From: Neoechinorhynchus agilis
Lineage: Eukaryota; Animalia; Acanthocephala
Assembly (NCBI GenBank): GCA_051530055.1
Contig: CM121342.1
Span: 6,323,489 to 6,387,488, forward strand
Length of the DNA: 64,000 nt
Reading direction: 5' to 3'
Shown here: positions 49,762 to 62,182 of the stretch, piece by piece
How positions within the stretch are numbered: position 1 is the stretch's first letter
How the letters are laid out: each line of letters starts with the position of its first letter
Made by a program: the position numbers and the translations under genes
Notes under the pieces: generated by a model
Databases searched by the model: none
What the model saw: the letters and a program-made list of their open reading frames with translations, nothing else
What the model was told of the DNA's origin: nothing

Positions 49762-50280
49762 ACGAAGACATTCCGGATAGCTTTCTCTTTGAGATTAGGT
49801 GCCCCCGTCTGCTTCCCATACGAATGTCGCTCCGGCTCGCAAGTAGACGCCAAAAGGGCATTCGGTCAGCCGGACGGTCGCCTAAACATGTCGGAATCAA
49901 CGTGATCCTGAGTATTCCAAACATCTTGGAGCCGAGCAATCTGTGTAGGTCTGATGGTAAGCGCCCAGATGATGTGTTCATCTTCCCTTGGAGCCGAGCG
50001 AAGTGCCTCTTATGGGATGCAACCTTCACCGACCCGCAGCAGAGCGTCGGAAAGCGCCAAAATACTTTGAGCTGAAGGAGAGCTTCCATTTCGTGTCTTT
50101 GGGGGATCGAAACGTTCAGGGCCCTCGGTGAATCCGCACTTGAGATATCAATGAAAAGGGACCCGTATGCGACAGCATTCCTTTAACAAAACGTTTCCCT
50201 GGCAGTACAACGAGGGAATGCTGCCAGCGTGAGGAAAACCGCGGCTCCACAGAACATTACCTTCCAAAACTTGTAAATTT
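49760..50280 (+). mobile_element. Degenerate CRE-like non-LTR retrotransposon RLE endonuclease region
   Basis: LEPSNLCRSDGKRPDDVFIFPWSRAKCLLWDAT and SLAVQRGNAASV. Confidence 0.8.
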
Positions 50281-50389
50281 CATCAAATAAATAACTGAAA
50301 TTTAAAAAAAAGAAGGATGTAAGGTTGACACCAATATTTCGGCCATCATCCCTCGCCGCTCTGAATTCGACCCATCGTATCATGCACTC

Positions 50390-51620
50390 CTACCTCCAGG
50401 ATATAAATGGCAAATCATTTATTTCTGGTATGTTGGCCGCCGATGGACACCACCGCCACCAAATCCTTCGTATCGGTCAACTCCGTTTCCCCGGCATTCA
50501 CATTGTTATTCCTCCCCATCAACTGTTATGAACATTCCCTCCAAAAAACCCTTTAACCCGAAACCACGTCTCCTCAATTTCACCACTCGTAGCCTCCCTC
50601 TTTCTTAACAGGAGACACAAACTCTTTACTTCTCAACTTTATTTCCGTATCTATCCACATAAAAACTCCTCACAAAATCTTTCCTCCAGACATCTTCTTT
50701 CAAATATAATCCTTCACTTTTAGCGAACACTCTCGGACATCTTCCCGATCCTAAACTCGAAAAATAAGCGACTTTCCAGCTTCTTTGATTACGTGCAACT
50801 CCATCGGCGCCCGAATCTCTGCCCAACATCAGTCACCACACAATCTCTATCGCTCACATCAGAAACTTTTGTCAACTCGTCGATACTCCCCTTAGTTTCG
50901 TCATACGAAGTTCTACCGCATCTCAAGAAATTTCCTCGAAATTCGTCCTCTAAATCCGAAATCCCAAACTGGGATCTTTCCTGAATCATCCTCGAACTCA
51001 TAGACCCTCTAACCCTCATTATAAACCTCAGCTTTCTATATGGCATCTACCCTGATGCCTGAAAACTGCTAAAGTTATCCTTCTTCCAAAAAAACTACAT
51101 CCAATTTCCGCCGAATCATTCCGTTCAATATCCATTCTACCCGCCGCTCTTTCAAAAATCACCGAAAAGTGTTTTAAATCTCACCTTCATTCACTTATCA
51201 ACGGCTTAAGGCCCAGATCTTCGGCAACCGATGCCCTACTTTGCATTTATGACAAGCTCCTACGTAACCCCGACAATAATCCTTACGTCACGCGTCTCAT
51301 TCAACTTGATTTATCGAAAGCATTCGAATCCGTGGACCATTCACTCTTTCTCCGGGCCTGCCCCGTCTTTGGTCTCAACTTGAGGCAGATCCGCTGGACC
51401 GAATCTCATCTTTGCATTCCCTGCCGATCTATTTCCTCGATCAGAATATCCCTCACCAAAGGCGTACCTCAAGGTGCTGTCACTACTTACTTTTAATATT
51501 TTCCTGAACAACCTCAAACCTCTTTCCTCTCACTCTAAACTTTTCTTATATGACGACGATATCGCCCTCTTCACCACCTCTTTCTCTCCTTAACCTCTAA
51601 CGAAATCATCCACATCAAAG
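50390..51620 (+). mobile_element. Degenerate CR1/L2/Jockey-type LINE (APE remnant plus RT)
   Basis: PLTLIINLS..GIYP..KTAKVILLPKK, LDLSKAFESVDH, GVPQGAV and a YxDD-like YDDD motif, with stops and frameshifts. Confidence 0.85.
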
Positions 51621-51639
51621 ATTTCTGCACCACTGGTGA

Positions 51640-52780
51640 AGTGCTGATGACCTTTGTGGAAGGATCCGACGGCGATGGCGGTAGGACTAAACATCCTCGG
51701 TGATTACACTCTGATGGCACTAGGAGTCGTGAGCCCAAGCGCAAGAGGCCCGTCCCAGCTTTTACACTCGATATGTAAATGACATCTTAACCATATTCAA
51801 GGGTAAAGCAAATTTGATGAATTTTAAGAATAAACTTGAAGCAATGTCAAGCTTGAGATTTACCATTGATGAGTGTGTGACAAGCATCCGAATCTCGCTA
51901 AAATCAGGACAACCACAAGAAACCGCCGTCAATCTCACAAACCAAGTAATAATGAAGTCTACACACATTTGCAGTCTTTTACTCCTTTAAAATGCAAAAG
52001 AGCAGTAGCGGCGGATGCATTGGCAAAATCGTGCAGTCAGATATGGAACAAGAGTTCAGGAGAATAAAACAGGCTCTGATAGACGCTGCATATCCGTTGA
52101 AAGTAATTGACGTAGCAATTAAGAGATCATAAACAAGAATAAGGGACAAGATAAAAGACAGCTCAGATGAGATAATTCCATTTTACAATGAAACAGATCA
52201 CCCGTTGAACATAAAGACCGACAGCCCTGTGGAGAACACTGGACATCTATGTAAAGACAGTGGATCGACAAAAAGAACGCAAGTCCAATGCTTCTATCGC
52301 GCTCGAACAATCCCATCCGGCCTTTAGACCAAACCTCGAACATCCACACTGGAAACCTGCAATCCGGTACAATTGTCCAAGGGATAGCTATAAGGAATCC
52401 TAAATCGGCTACATGCAAACCGACGGACAGGATTAGGCAACACAGATACAAAGCAAAATGTTTATAAAACTTTAAACCCGAATTCAAGATCTTCTATAAA
52501 GACAATGAGGCCACAAGACTAAGTTTGGCTGAGGCAACGATTATCCATCATGACAGACCCTCAATCAACGTAAAATAGAATGAGATGTTCAGTGGTCTCA
52601 GATTGTAGAGCCAATTGTGATGACGTAGAAATAAAAGTGTGTTGACTTCTTTCGGTACATGAGAGTGGTTGTATATGTTTTAATGTTACCCTGAAGATGG
52701 ATTTGATTAAAATCCGAAATATTGGAGCAATAAAAGATTTCGCAGTGTGCATATTCTATTCAAAAATAGTGCTAAGACGG
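51640..52780 (+). mobile_element. Degenerate Penelope-like element: RT, thumb, GIY-YIG endonuclease and 3' repeat with hammerhead
   Basis: FYTRYVNDIL..LRFTIDE, EQEFRRIKQALIDAAYPLKVID, IRYNCP..xIGY..RIRQHRY, LAEATIIHHDRPSIN, followed by a hammerhead core and AATAAA. Confidence 0.85.
52689..52725 (+). ncRNA. Minimal hammerhead motif in the Penelope 3' region
   Basis: CC-CTGAAGA-T-GGATTT-GATTA-AAATCC-GAAA-TAT-T-GG: perfect 6-bp stem II, weak stem I. Confidence 0.65.
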
Positions 52781-54479
52781 ATACTAGCCGTGCGGCGAAT
52801 TCAGGCAGTTAAAAGTTCTATAACAAGAAGACCAACCTTTTTATAAATTCACGTAAAAAAGGACTGCAAATGATTCGCAATTACCGATGCTCTAATGAAG
52901 GATTTGGAGGCTTTTAGATGTAAGAGTTAAAAGGTAAAACGATTGTTGAAAATGTTCCGTAATGGAGGTTGAATTCTGTCGCTACTTTCCGTTTGGAAGC
53001 TTTTAGTCGACCAAGTTCGAGGATGTGAACGGCATATATATTACGGGCTTTAACTGCTATTGGGCTTAAATGCTGTAAAAGATAAACGGATCACTCGTTC
53101 GATGGTTGAATAATTTTTGTTTAAATGGTTCGTACGCTCACTCTAAGTAATTTGACACAGCAGAGACGTTGAACCAGAACTGTCATCAGTCGAGATTATA
53201 TGGTTTCACGCATGATTATGCAGTCTCGTTTTACAAAAAAATTTAAAAAAACCTTATCTCTTCTTAAATGATAAAAACGGTTTAAATTATCGAAACACCT
53301 CCCGAGATTCAATAATGCGGGCGAAAATTAGTCATCTACTATCCTTTGATTCACTGTCTTTTAGTTTCAAATCTTAATAGGCTACATTCGCGATATTGAA
53401 ATCAAGAAATGCATTCGATCAAACTATTTAAATTGGAGATCAAAACAAAAAGTCCAAGAAACCATGGTCAGATAAAGGATGGATCGTCCGAAGGTAAACC
53501 ATTGTTGAGAGCACGACTTTCCAAAATCCGTCACAGGGATCCGGCCGAATCTTTTTAGACATTGAGGTTGTGAGAATGAGAGAAGCTTAAAGATTGCAAT
53601 AAAAAGGAAAACACGGGGTCCATCTATATCCAAAACCACGATAATAAAACGTTCTAATTCATCGGTCTTTGATGAATCGTTCTAATTCATTGAAATTGAA
53701 TAAGCTTACAAATAATGGAACGTACTCAAGCTAAATTTGCGGCTCACAAAAAGATTACATTTTAAACTAAGACAATTTTTTAATGAGGTTCGATGCAGTG
53801 AACAGTAATAATCGGAAGTTTTTTAGTATCTTCGAAGAGGTTTCCCGATTAGCTTGAGTTGCCAACGGTTAGTCTTCAATTAGGTGCGTAAAATTCCTTT
53901 CAAGAGTTTGTCGGAAATAAAGACACAAGTATGATGGAGCTTAGCAATTTTATTATATGTTAGACGAAACGTAAAACGCTAATGGTAAGGGATTTTGCGC
54001 TTTATAAAACAATTTATGGCCATTTCGTGAATTTGTGGACAATAGGAAACAAAAGGAATTGATGGAGAACGGCGGGAACTAAGGATTGGATACGTGTTGG
54101 GCTACCATCAGTGCAAAGGCTTGAGCCGTTTTTGGGCGACGACGTTTTCGCCCGGCCCACGACCAAATCATTTCCATCTGCCCTATTTCCGATTTCATTT
54201 ACACGAACTGCAACTTGGTGCTCGGAAGCAGCCCTGATTCAGATGAACCGGTCAAAATAGTTCAAGGATTTTGTTCGGGACTTAGAGGGACAGCTTTCTT
54301 AAACACCTTACTTAACAAAACTTATTTAGATGCTGAAATTGCGGGCATGAGATTGGCCACAACCAACGACGCTAGGTATAACGCAATACTTTATGATTGC
54401 CCCGCAGGGTTCAAGTTTGTGGTTAAAGAGTTTCAACGCGTATTAATTTGCTAAATTTTCCAAGTAAAATTTTTAAAAG

Positions 54480-54840
54480 GACCCGGATTCGGATCAAAAT
54501 TATAAGAAGATTAAAGAAATCGTTAGAGGTAATCCTAAGTACCAATAATACGTCCATCTGGGGAAAATTGACGAAAAATCTAAGGTTGCAGATCCCGTCT
54601 TCTGCAACCTTTCCAAATCTAAAATCTGCCGTCTTGAAATTCTTCATAAAAGAGCATCTAAAATTTGCACAGCTGACTCTCCCCTCTACCACTAAATGCC
54701 TTGATGCTCTTTTCATAAAACAATAAAAACGCCCTTCAACCAGATCATCACAATTTCTTCCACATATCACTCCAGCCTACCCCAACCTCGTACCTCCCTA
54801 TACTTACGCTCCTTTTTCCATGCTGCCCAATCTTCTATCG
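54480..54840 (+). mobile_element. 3' fragment of a CR1/L2-like LINE
   Basis: CNLSKSKICRLEILHKRASKI and PRTSLYLRSFFHAAQS. Confidence 0.6.
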
Positions 54841-54949
54841 GATATCATAATCCTGAAATGATTCTGAGGAAATACCAACCTTAAAAGCGCTCCTGCAAGC
54901 AATATCCGCAAATTCGCCTACAAGAACGGACATCACATTCAGCATCGAC

Positions 54950-55680
54950 ATAACAAAACCTGATATTCCCACTCGAACGGACATTTCCGACCGAATATTC
55001 CCACTCGAACGGACATCCCAAAACCTGACATTCCCACTCGAACGGACATTTCCAGACCGAATATTCCCACTCGAACGGACATCCCAAACCTGACATTCCC
55101 ACTCGAACGGGCATTCCCAGACCGGATATTCCCACTCGAAAGGACATTCCCACTCGAGCGGACATCCCCAAACCTGACATTCCCACTCGAACGGACATTT
55201 CCAGACCGAATATTCCCACTCGAACGGACATCCCAAACCTGACATTCCCACTCGAACGGGCATTTCCAGACCGAATATTCCCACTCGAACGGACATCCCA
55301 AACCTGACATTCCCACTCGAACGGACATTCCCAGAACGGATATTCCCACTCGAACGGACATTCCCACTCGAGCGGACATTCCCGCTCGAGCTTACATCCC
55401 CAAACCTGACATTCCCACTCGAACGGACATTTCCAGACCGAAGATTCCCACTCGAACGGACATCCCCAAACCTGACATTCCCACTCGAACTGACATTCCC
55501 AGCCGAACGGACATTCCCACTCGAGCGGACATCCCCAAACCTGACATTCCCACTCGAACGGACATTTCCAGACCGAAGATTCCCACTCGAACGGACATCC
55601 CCAAACCTGACATTCCCACTCGAACGGGCATTCCCACCCGAACGGACATTCCCGCTCGAGCGGACATTCCCGCTCGTGTT
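54950..55680. repeat. GC-richer minisatellite, 18-bp core CATTCCCACTCGAACGGA in ~65-bp higher-order units
   Basis: The core recurs about 30 times; the long repetitive ORFs on the minus strand are by-products. Confidence 0.95.
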
Positions 55681-56039
55681 TATGAGGACCCAAACGGGGA
55701 CTTCTTGGTAAATCAACAAAACATGTTATTATTAATGATGATATGGTTTTAACAACCAAAATAGTGTCGTCGATGTTAGTCTCCTTAGTATTAGAACGGG
55801 ATGCGATGAGATTACGAGGCACCCCTGACTTCTCAATAACCAAATTCAAAGTTCTGGCAATTGCGGCTATTCCTCCCCCTATTCATCCATAAGGGAGGAT
55901 TTAGAGTTGCTTGCCATATCGTGATAGTCGGGCAATTATGCGAGCAGTTGATATTTTCGCGCAAGCAACGGTCGGCAGCGGATTTTTGGTTAGGGGAATT
56001 TCATGAGGAAGGGTGATCTTAGAAAGTTGAGGTACCACA

Positions 56040-59000
56040 GAAATATATGGGAATTTCCAATAAAATGTGCAATGATAGAGCAATAGTTCAATCCAAAAAA
56101 GTTAAAATGGCATTTTCTAGTCAACATTCGATGGGAAAAGACGAGAATCGACAGGGGTCGATGGGAAAAGACAAGAATCGATAGGAAACGTCAATAATCC
56201 ACATGAATCGACAGTAACCAATAGGAATCGATGGGAAAAGACAAGAATCGACCAGAATCTATGGGAATTTCCAATAAAATGTGCAATGATAGAGCAATAG
56301 TTCAATCCAAAAAAGTTAAAATGGCGTTTTCTAGTGAACATTCGATGGGAAAAGACGAGAATCGACAGGGGTCGATGGGAAAAGACAAGAATCGATAGGA
56401 AACGTCAATAATCCACATGAATCGACAGTAACCAATAGGAATCGATGGGAAAAGACAAGAATCGACCAGAATCTATGGGAATTTCCAATAAAATGTGCAA
56501 TGATAGAGCAATAGTTCAATCCAAAAAAGTTAAAATGGCGTTTTCTAGTCAACATTCGATGGGAAAAGACGAGAATCGACAGGGGTCGATGGGAAAAGAC
56601 AAGAATCGATAGGAAACGTCAATAATCCACATGAATCGACAGTAACCAATAGGAATCGATGGGAAAAGACAAGAATCGACCAGAATCTATGGGAATTTCC
56701 AATAAAATGTGCAATGATAGAGCAATAGTTCAATCCAAAAAAGTTAAAATGGCGTTTTCTAGTGAACATTCGATGGGAAAAGACGAGAATCGACAAGGGT
56801 CGATGGGAAAAGACAAGAATCGATAGGAAACGTCAATAATCGACATCAGTCGACAGTAACCATTAGGAATCGATGGGAAAAGACAAGAATCGACCAGAAT
56901 CTATGGGAATTTCCAATAAAATGTGCAATGATAGAGCAATAGTTCAATCCAAAAAAGTTAAAATGGCGTTTTCTAGTGAACATTCGATGGGAAAAGACGA
57001 GAATCGACAAGGGTCGATGGGAAAAGACAAGAATCGATAGGAAACGTCAATAATCGACATGAATCGACAGTAACCAATAGGAATCGATGGGAAAAGACAA
57101 GGTGCAATGATAGAGCAATAGTTCAATCCAAAAAAGTTAAAATGGCGTTTTCTAGTCAACATTCCATGGGAAAAGACGAGAATCGACGGGGTCGATGGGA
57201 AAAGACAAGAATCGATAGGAAACGTCAATAATCCACATGAATCGACAGTAACCAATAGGAATCGATGGGAAAAGACAAGAATCGACCAGAATCTATGGGA
57301 ATTTCCAATAAAATGTGCAATGATAGAGCAATAGTTCAATCCAAAAAAGTTAAAATGGCGTTTTCTAGTGAACATTCGATGGGAAAAGACGAGAATCGAC
57401 AAGGGTCGATGGGAAAAGACAAGAATCGATAGGAAACGTCAATAATCGACATCAGTCGACAGTAACCATTAGGAATCGATGGGAAAAGACAAGGTGCAAT
57501 AATAGAGCAATAGTTTAATCCAAAAAGTTAAAATGGCGTTTTCTAGTCAACATTCCATGGGAAAAGACGAGAATCGACAGGGGTCGATGGGAAAAGACAA
57601 GAATCGATAGGAAACGTCAATAATCCACATGAATCGACAGTAACCAATAGGAATCGATGGGAAAAGACAAGAATCGACCAGAATCTATGGGAATTTCCAA
57701 TAAAATGTGCAATGATAGAGCAATAGTTCAATCCAAAAAAGTTAAAATGGCGTTTTCTAGTGAACATTCGATGGGAAAAGACGAGAATCGACAAGGGTCG
57801 ATGGGAAAAGACAAGAATCGATAGGAAACGTCAATAATCCACATGAATCGACAGTAACCAATAGGAATCGATGGGAAAAGACAAGAATCGACCAGAATCT
57901 ATGGGAATTTCCAATAAAATGTGCAATGATAGAGCAATAGTTCAATCCAAAAAAGTTAAAATGGCGTTTTCTAGTGAACATTCGATGGGAAAAGACGAGA
58001 ATCGACAGGGGTCGATGGGAAAAGACAAGAATCGATAGGAAACGTCAATAATCCACATGAATCGACAGTAACCATTAGGAATCGATGGGAAAAGACAAGA
58101 ATCGACCAGAATCTATGGGAATTTCCAATAAAATGTGCAATGATAGAGCAATAGTTCAATCCAAAAAAGTTAAAATGGCGTTTTCTAGTGAACATTCGAT
58201 GGGAAAAGACGAGAATCGACAAGGGTCGATGGGAAAAGACAAAATCGATAGGAAACGTCAATAATCCACATGAATCGACAGTAACCAATAGGAATCGATG
58301 GGAAAAGACAAGAATCGACCAGAATCTATGGGAATTTCCAATAAAATGTGCAATGATAGAGCAATAGTTCAATCCAAAAAAGTTAAAATGGCGTTTTCTA
58401 GTGAACATTCGATGGGAAAAGACGAGAATCGACAAGGGTCGATGGGAAAAGACAAGAATCGATAGGAAACGTCAATAATCGACATCAGTCGACAGTAACC
58501 ATTAGGAATCGATGGGAAAAGACAAGGTGCAATAATAGAGCAATAGTTTAATCCAAAAAATTTAAAATGGCGTTTTCTAGTCAACATTCCATGGGAAAAG
58601 ACGAGAATCGACAAGGGTCGATGGGAAAAGACAAGAATCGATAGGAAACGTCAATAATCGACATGAATCGACAGTAACCAATAGGAATCGATGGGAAAAG
58701 ACAAGAATCGACCAGAATCTATGGGAATTTCCAATAAAATGTGCAATGATAGAGCAATAGTTCAATCCAAAAAAGTTAAAATGGCGTTTTCTAGTCAACA
58801 TTCGATGGGAAAAGACGAGAATCGACAGGGGTCGATGGGAAAAGACAAGAATCGATAGGAAACGTCAATAATCCACATGAATCGACAGTAACCAATAGGA
58901 ATCGATGGGAAAAGACAAGAATCGACCAGAATCTATGGGAATTTCCAATAAAATGTGCAATGATGAAATAGTTCAATCCAAAAAAGTTAAAATGGCGTTT

Positions 59001-59660
59001 TCTAGTGAACATTCGATGGGAAAAGACGAGAATCGACAAGGGTCGATGGGAAAAGACAAGAATCGATAGGAAACGTCAATAATCGACATCAGTCGACAGT
59101 AACCATTAGGAATCGATGGGAAAAGACAAGAATCGACCAGAATCTATGGGAATTTCCAATAAAATGTGCAATGATAGAGCAATAGTTCAATCCAAAAAAG
59201 TTAAAATGGCGTTTTCTAGTCAACATTCCATGGGAAAAGACGAGAATCGACAGGGGTCGATGGGAAAAGACAAGAATCGATAGGAAACGTCAATAATCCA
59301 CATGAATCGACAGTAACCAATAGGAATCGATGGGAAAAGACAAGAATCGACCAGAATCTATGGGAATTTCCAATAAAATGTGCAATGATAGAGCAATAGT
59401 TCAATCCAAAAAAGTTAAAATGGCGTTTTCTAGTGAACATTCGATGGGAAAAGACGAGAATCGACAAGGGTCGATGGGAAAAGACAAGAATCGATAGGAA
59501 ACGTCAATAATCGACATCAGTCGACAGTAACCATTAGGAATCGATGGGAAAAGACAAGAATCGACCAGAATCTATGGGAATTTCCAATAAAATGTGCAAT
59601 GATAGAGCAATAGTTCAATCCAAAAAAGTTAAAATGGCGTTTTCTAGTCAACATTCGATG
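56040..59660. repeat. 214-bp satellite (~17 copies, some ~180-bp deletion variants)
   Basis: Identical ORFs offset by 214 bp (56117/56331); internal sub-repeat GAATCGATGGGAAAAGAC. Confidence 0.97.
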
Positions 59661-60129
59661 GGGATGGGAAATGTTAGTAAAAAAACCCAAAAAAGCCGAA
59701 ATCGATCGATTGGAAAATGCCCTTCGAACTTCTAAAGTGTTCATTAAATGCGTCGCTATTGAACTATTTTCAGGAGGCACACAAGTTACTCGAAATGTTA
59801 GCGACTTTATAAATAAAAAAAAGGTCAAACATAAATCATAGAAATTGGCACTGAATTTAGAAAACAAAGAATTTTGAAATCATAGTGAAACCAAATCGCA
59901 TCGCAGCCGAATAAATAACCCTTCAATAATTATAATAAATCCATTTCGTTAAAGGGAGAAGCAATTGCAGAGAGCGTGATAATGCACTTTGGCACGAAAG
60001 AATCTTTCAAAAGTTACGTCACATCAATTGAATTTCGTTAGAACGATAAAGCTTCGAAAATAGTCCTTTTGAAAATTAGAGCAAAATTTATTTTGAATTG
60101 AGATATTTGCGTTTTCTAACGAAGAACAA

Positions 60130-60270
60130 GGTTATTCCTGCGGCAAAATATCTCGCTCGCAGTACAACGAGGCAATGCTGCTAACGTGATACCGACAGGC
60201 GAGGAAGGAGAGAAGCTAAGACTTTTGTGGACGGTGTTGATTTCACGTTTTGTACTTTAACAATAACAAA
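60130..60270 (+). mobile_element. CRE-like element 3' end remnant
   Basis: FLRQNISLAVQRGNAANV plus a tail GAGGAAGGAGAGAAGCT shared with the copy at ~47340 (minus); a weaker copy is at ~38440-38500. Confidence 0.7.
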
Positions 60271-60352
60271 ACCTGAGATTTGGTTTGTAATGAATACGTT
60301 AAAAATCAAAAAAATATATTAATTTTCATTGTAAAGAAATTATTAGTCTTAG

Positions 60353-60429
60353 TTTCAATTAGCGATGTTTGATTCAGAAAATAAATTTATCTTTGCTTGT
60401 ATTTCTGAATCAAACATCGCTAACTGAAA
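60353..60429. repeat. 77-nt near-perfect hairpin (28-bp arms)
   Basis: TTTCAATTAGCGATGTTTGATTCAGAAA versus TTTCTGAATCAAACATCGCTAACTGAAA, 27/28 complementary. Confidence 0.85.
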
Positions 60430-61379
60430 TTAATTTTCATTCTTCCGTAAAGGCCATTCAGATGACGCAAACTAATCGCTGATTAAGTGCGATTTCAATA
60501 GTTCAATTTTTTCCAATGAACAATTCAATGTTCAAATCGTTCTCGTAATCGCCTGAGTTGGCTTTCTTAAAGACCACAGAGGAATGTTTCAATTTTTTGG
60601 TTTTATTCTTTGAAAAAAAATCGAACAATAATGTTCGTATTTTACACTGTTTAATCGTATTAAAAAAAAGGAAATTTGAATTGTTTTTCCGACTCCCGGT
60701 ATAAATTAATCTCCTTTTCCTCATATTTCATCCTAAAAAAGAATTTTTAAAACATTCCTTGCAATGGTCTACTTTTCTTAACGAAAAAATTTCTCGGGCA
60801 TATCGACCGCTTATTCGGTCGATAATATAAAACAAACTTCCATTAACGACGAAAATCAATTTCGAAGATTTAATGAAAATCGGCAGCATCAAAAAAGTTT
60901 TTATTCCAAAGTCAAAGAGCTTTAAGCCGAGTCACTTAAGAATACCAAAATTATTAAAATCAATTCATTTAAATGTACCATTTGGTGAACAAGCAAAGAA
61001 ATGGATTTTATCTCAAATTAGCAGATTTGTTTGGTGTCGAATTTAAAAATTGAAATACGAAAAAATGAAGCTGGGTTTGTAGTATAGAGATAGAATCCTT
61101 GGAGATGATCAAGTTTATATTTGGCTTTCCCTTTCGAAATATTTCTTTGCAATAAAATACTTTTTATCCGGGGAAGAGGGATTATCATCACCACAATTCT
61201 AATTTTTTGTTTGTTTTTTTAATTTATTTGGTGTGTGAGTTTATGAATTTATTTCAATAATTAAGAAAACCATTGAATAGTCTCTTCAATTTCATATCAT
61301 TCAAATTTTTATCGCCGATGCATAAGTTTTTTATTTTCGAGCGCTCAAAGTTCCAATGGAAACCTAGGAACATCTTTAT

Positions 61380-62100
61380 TCTCCATTGCCTCGATGGCCC
61401 TATTTTCTGATCTCCGATAAAAATAATGCTCAATAAATCTTCCTCCATTGCCTTCGATAGCCCTGTTTTCTGAATCGCTTAATCTCCGATAAAAATAATG
61501 TTGAATAAATTTTAAAATGCGGGTTTTTATCCTCCATTGCCTCGATGGCCCTGTTTTCTGAATTGCTTAATCTCCGATAAAAGTAATGCTCAATAAATCT
61601 TCCGCCATTGCCTTCGATGGCCCTGTTTTCTGAATTGCTTAATCTCCGATAAAAATAATGCTCAATAAATCTTCCTCCATTGCCTTCGATGGCCCTGTTT
61701 TCTGAATTGCTTAATCTCCGATAAAAGTAATGCTCAATAAATCTTCCTCCATTGCCTTCGATGGCCCTATTTTCTGAATCGCTTAATCTCCGATAAAAGT
61801 AATGCTCAATAAATCTTCCTCCATTGCCTCGATGGCCCTGTTTTCTGAATTGCTTAATATCCGATAAAAATAATGCTCAATAAATCTTCCTCCATTGCCT
61901 TCGATGGCCCTGTTTTCTGAATTGCTTAATCTCCGATAAAAGTAATGCTCAATAAATCTTCCTCCATTGCCTTCGATCGATGGCCCTGTTTTCTGAATTG
62001 TTAATCTCCGATAAAAGTAATGCTCAATAAATCTTCCTCCATTGCCTTCGATAGCCCTGTTTTCTAAATCGCTTAATCTCCGATAAAAATAATGTTGAAT
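61380..62100. repeat. 72-bp tandem repeat, ~10 copies, directly upstream of ALG9
   Basis: The CCATTGCC unit recurs at a 72-bp interval (61603, 61675, 61747). Confidence 0.95.
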
Positions 62101-62182
62101 AAATCTTAAAAATCGGGTTTTTTTGATGTTACACAGAACCAAGTGTAGAAAAAACCACATTTTCTCAATTTTTAGAAACCGG

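Noticed and set aside
51644-51670. CTGATGA followed by a CCTT/AAGG hairpin
   Set aside because: No GAAA after the stem; it lies in degenerate Penelope RT coding sequence.
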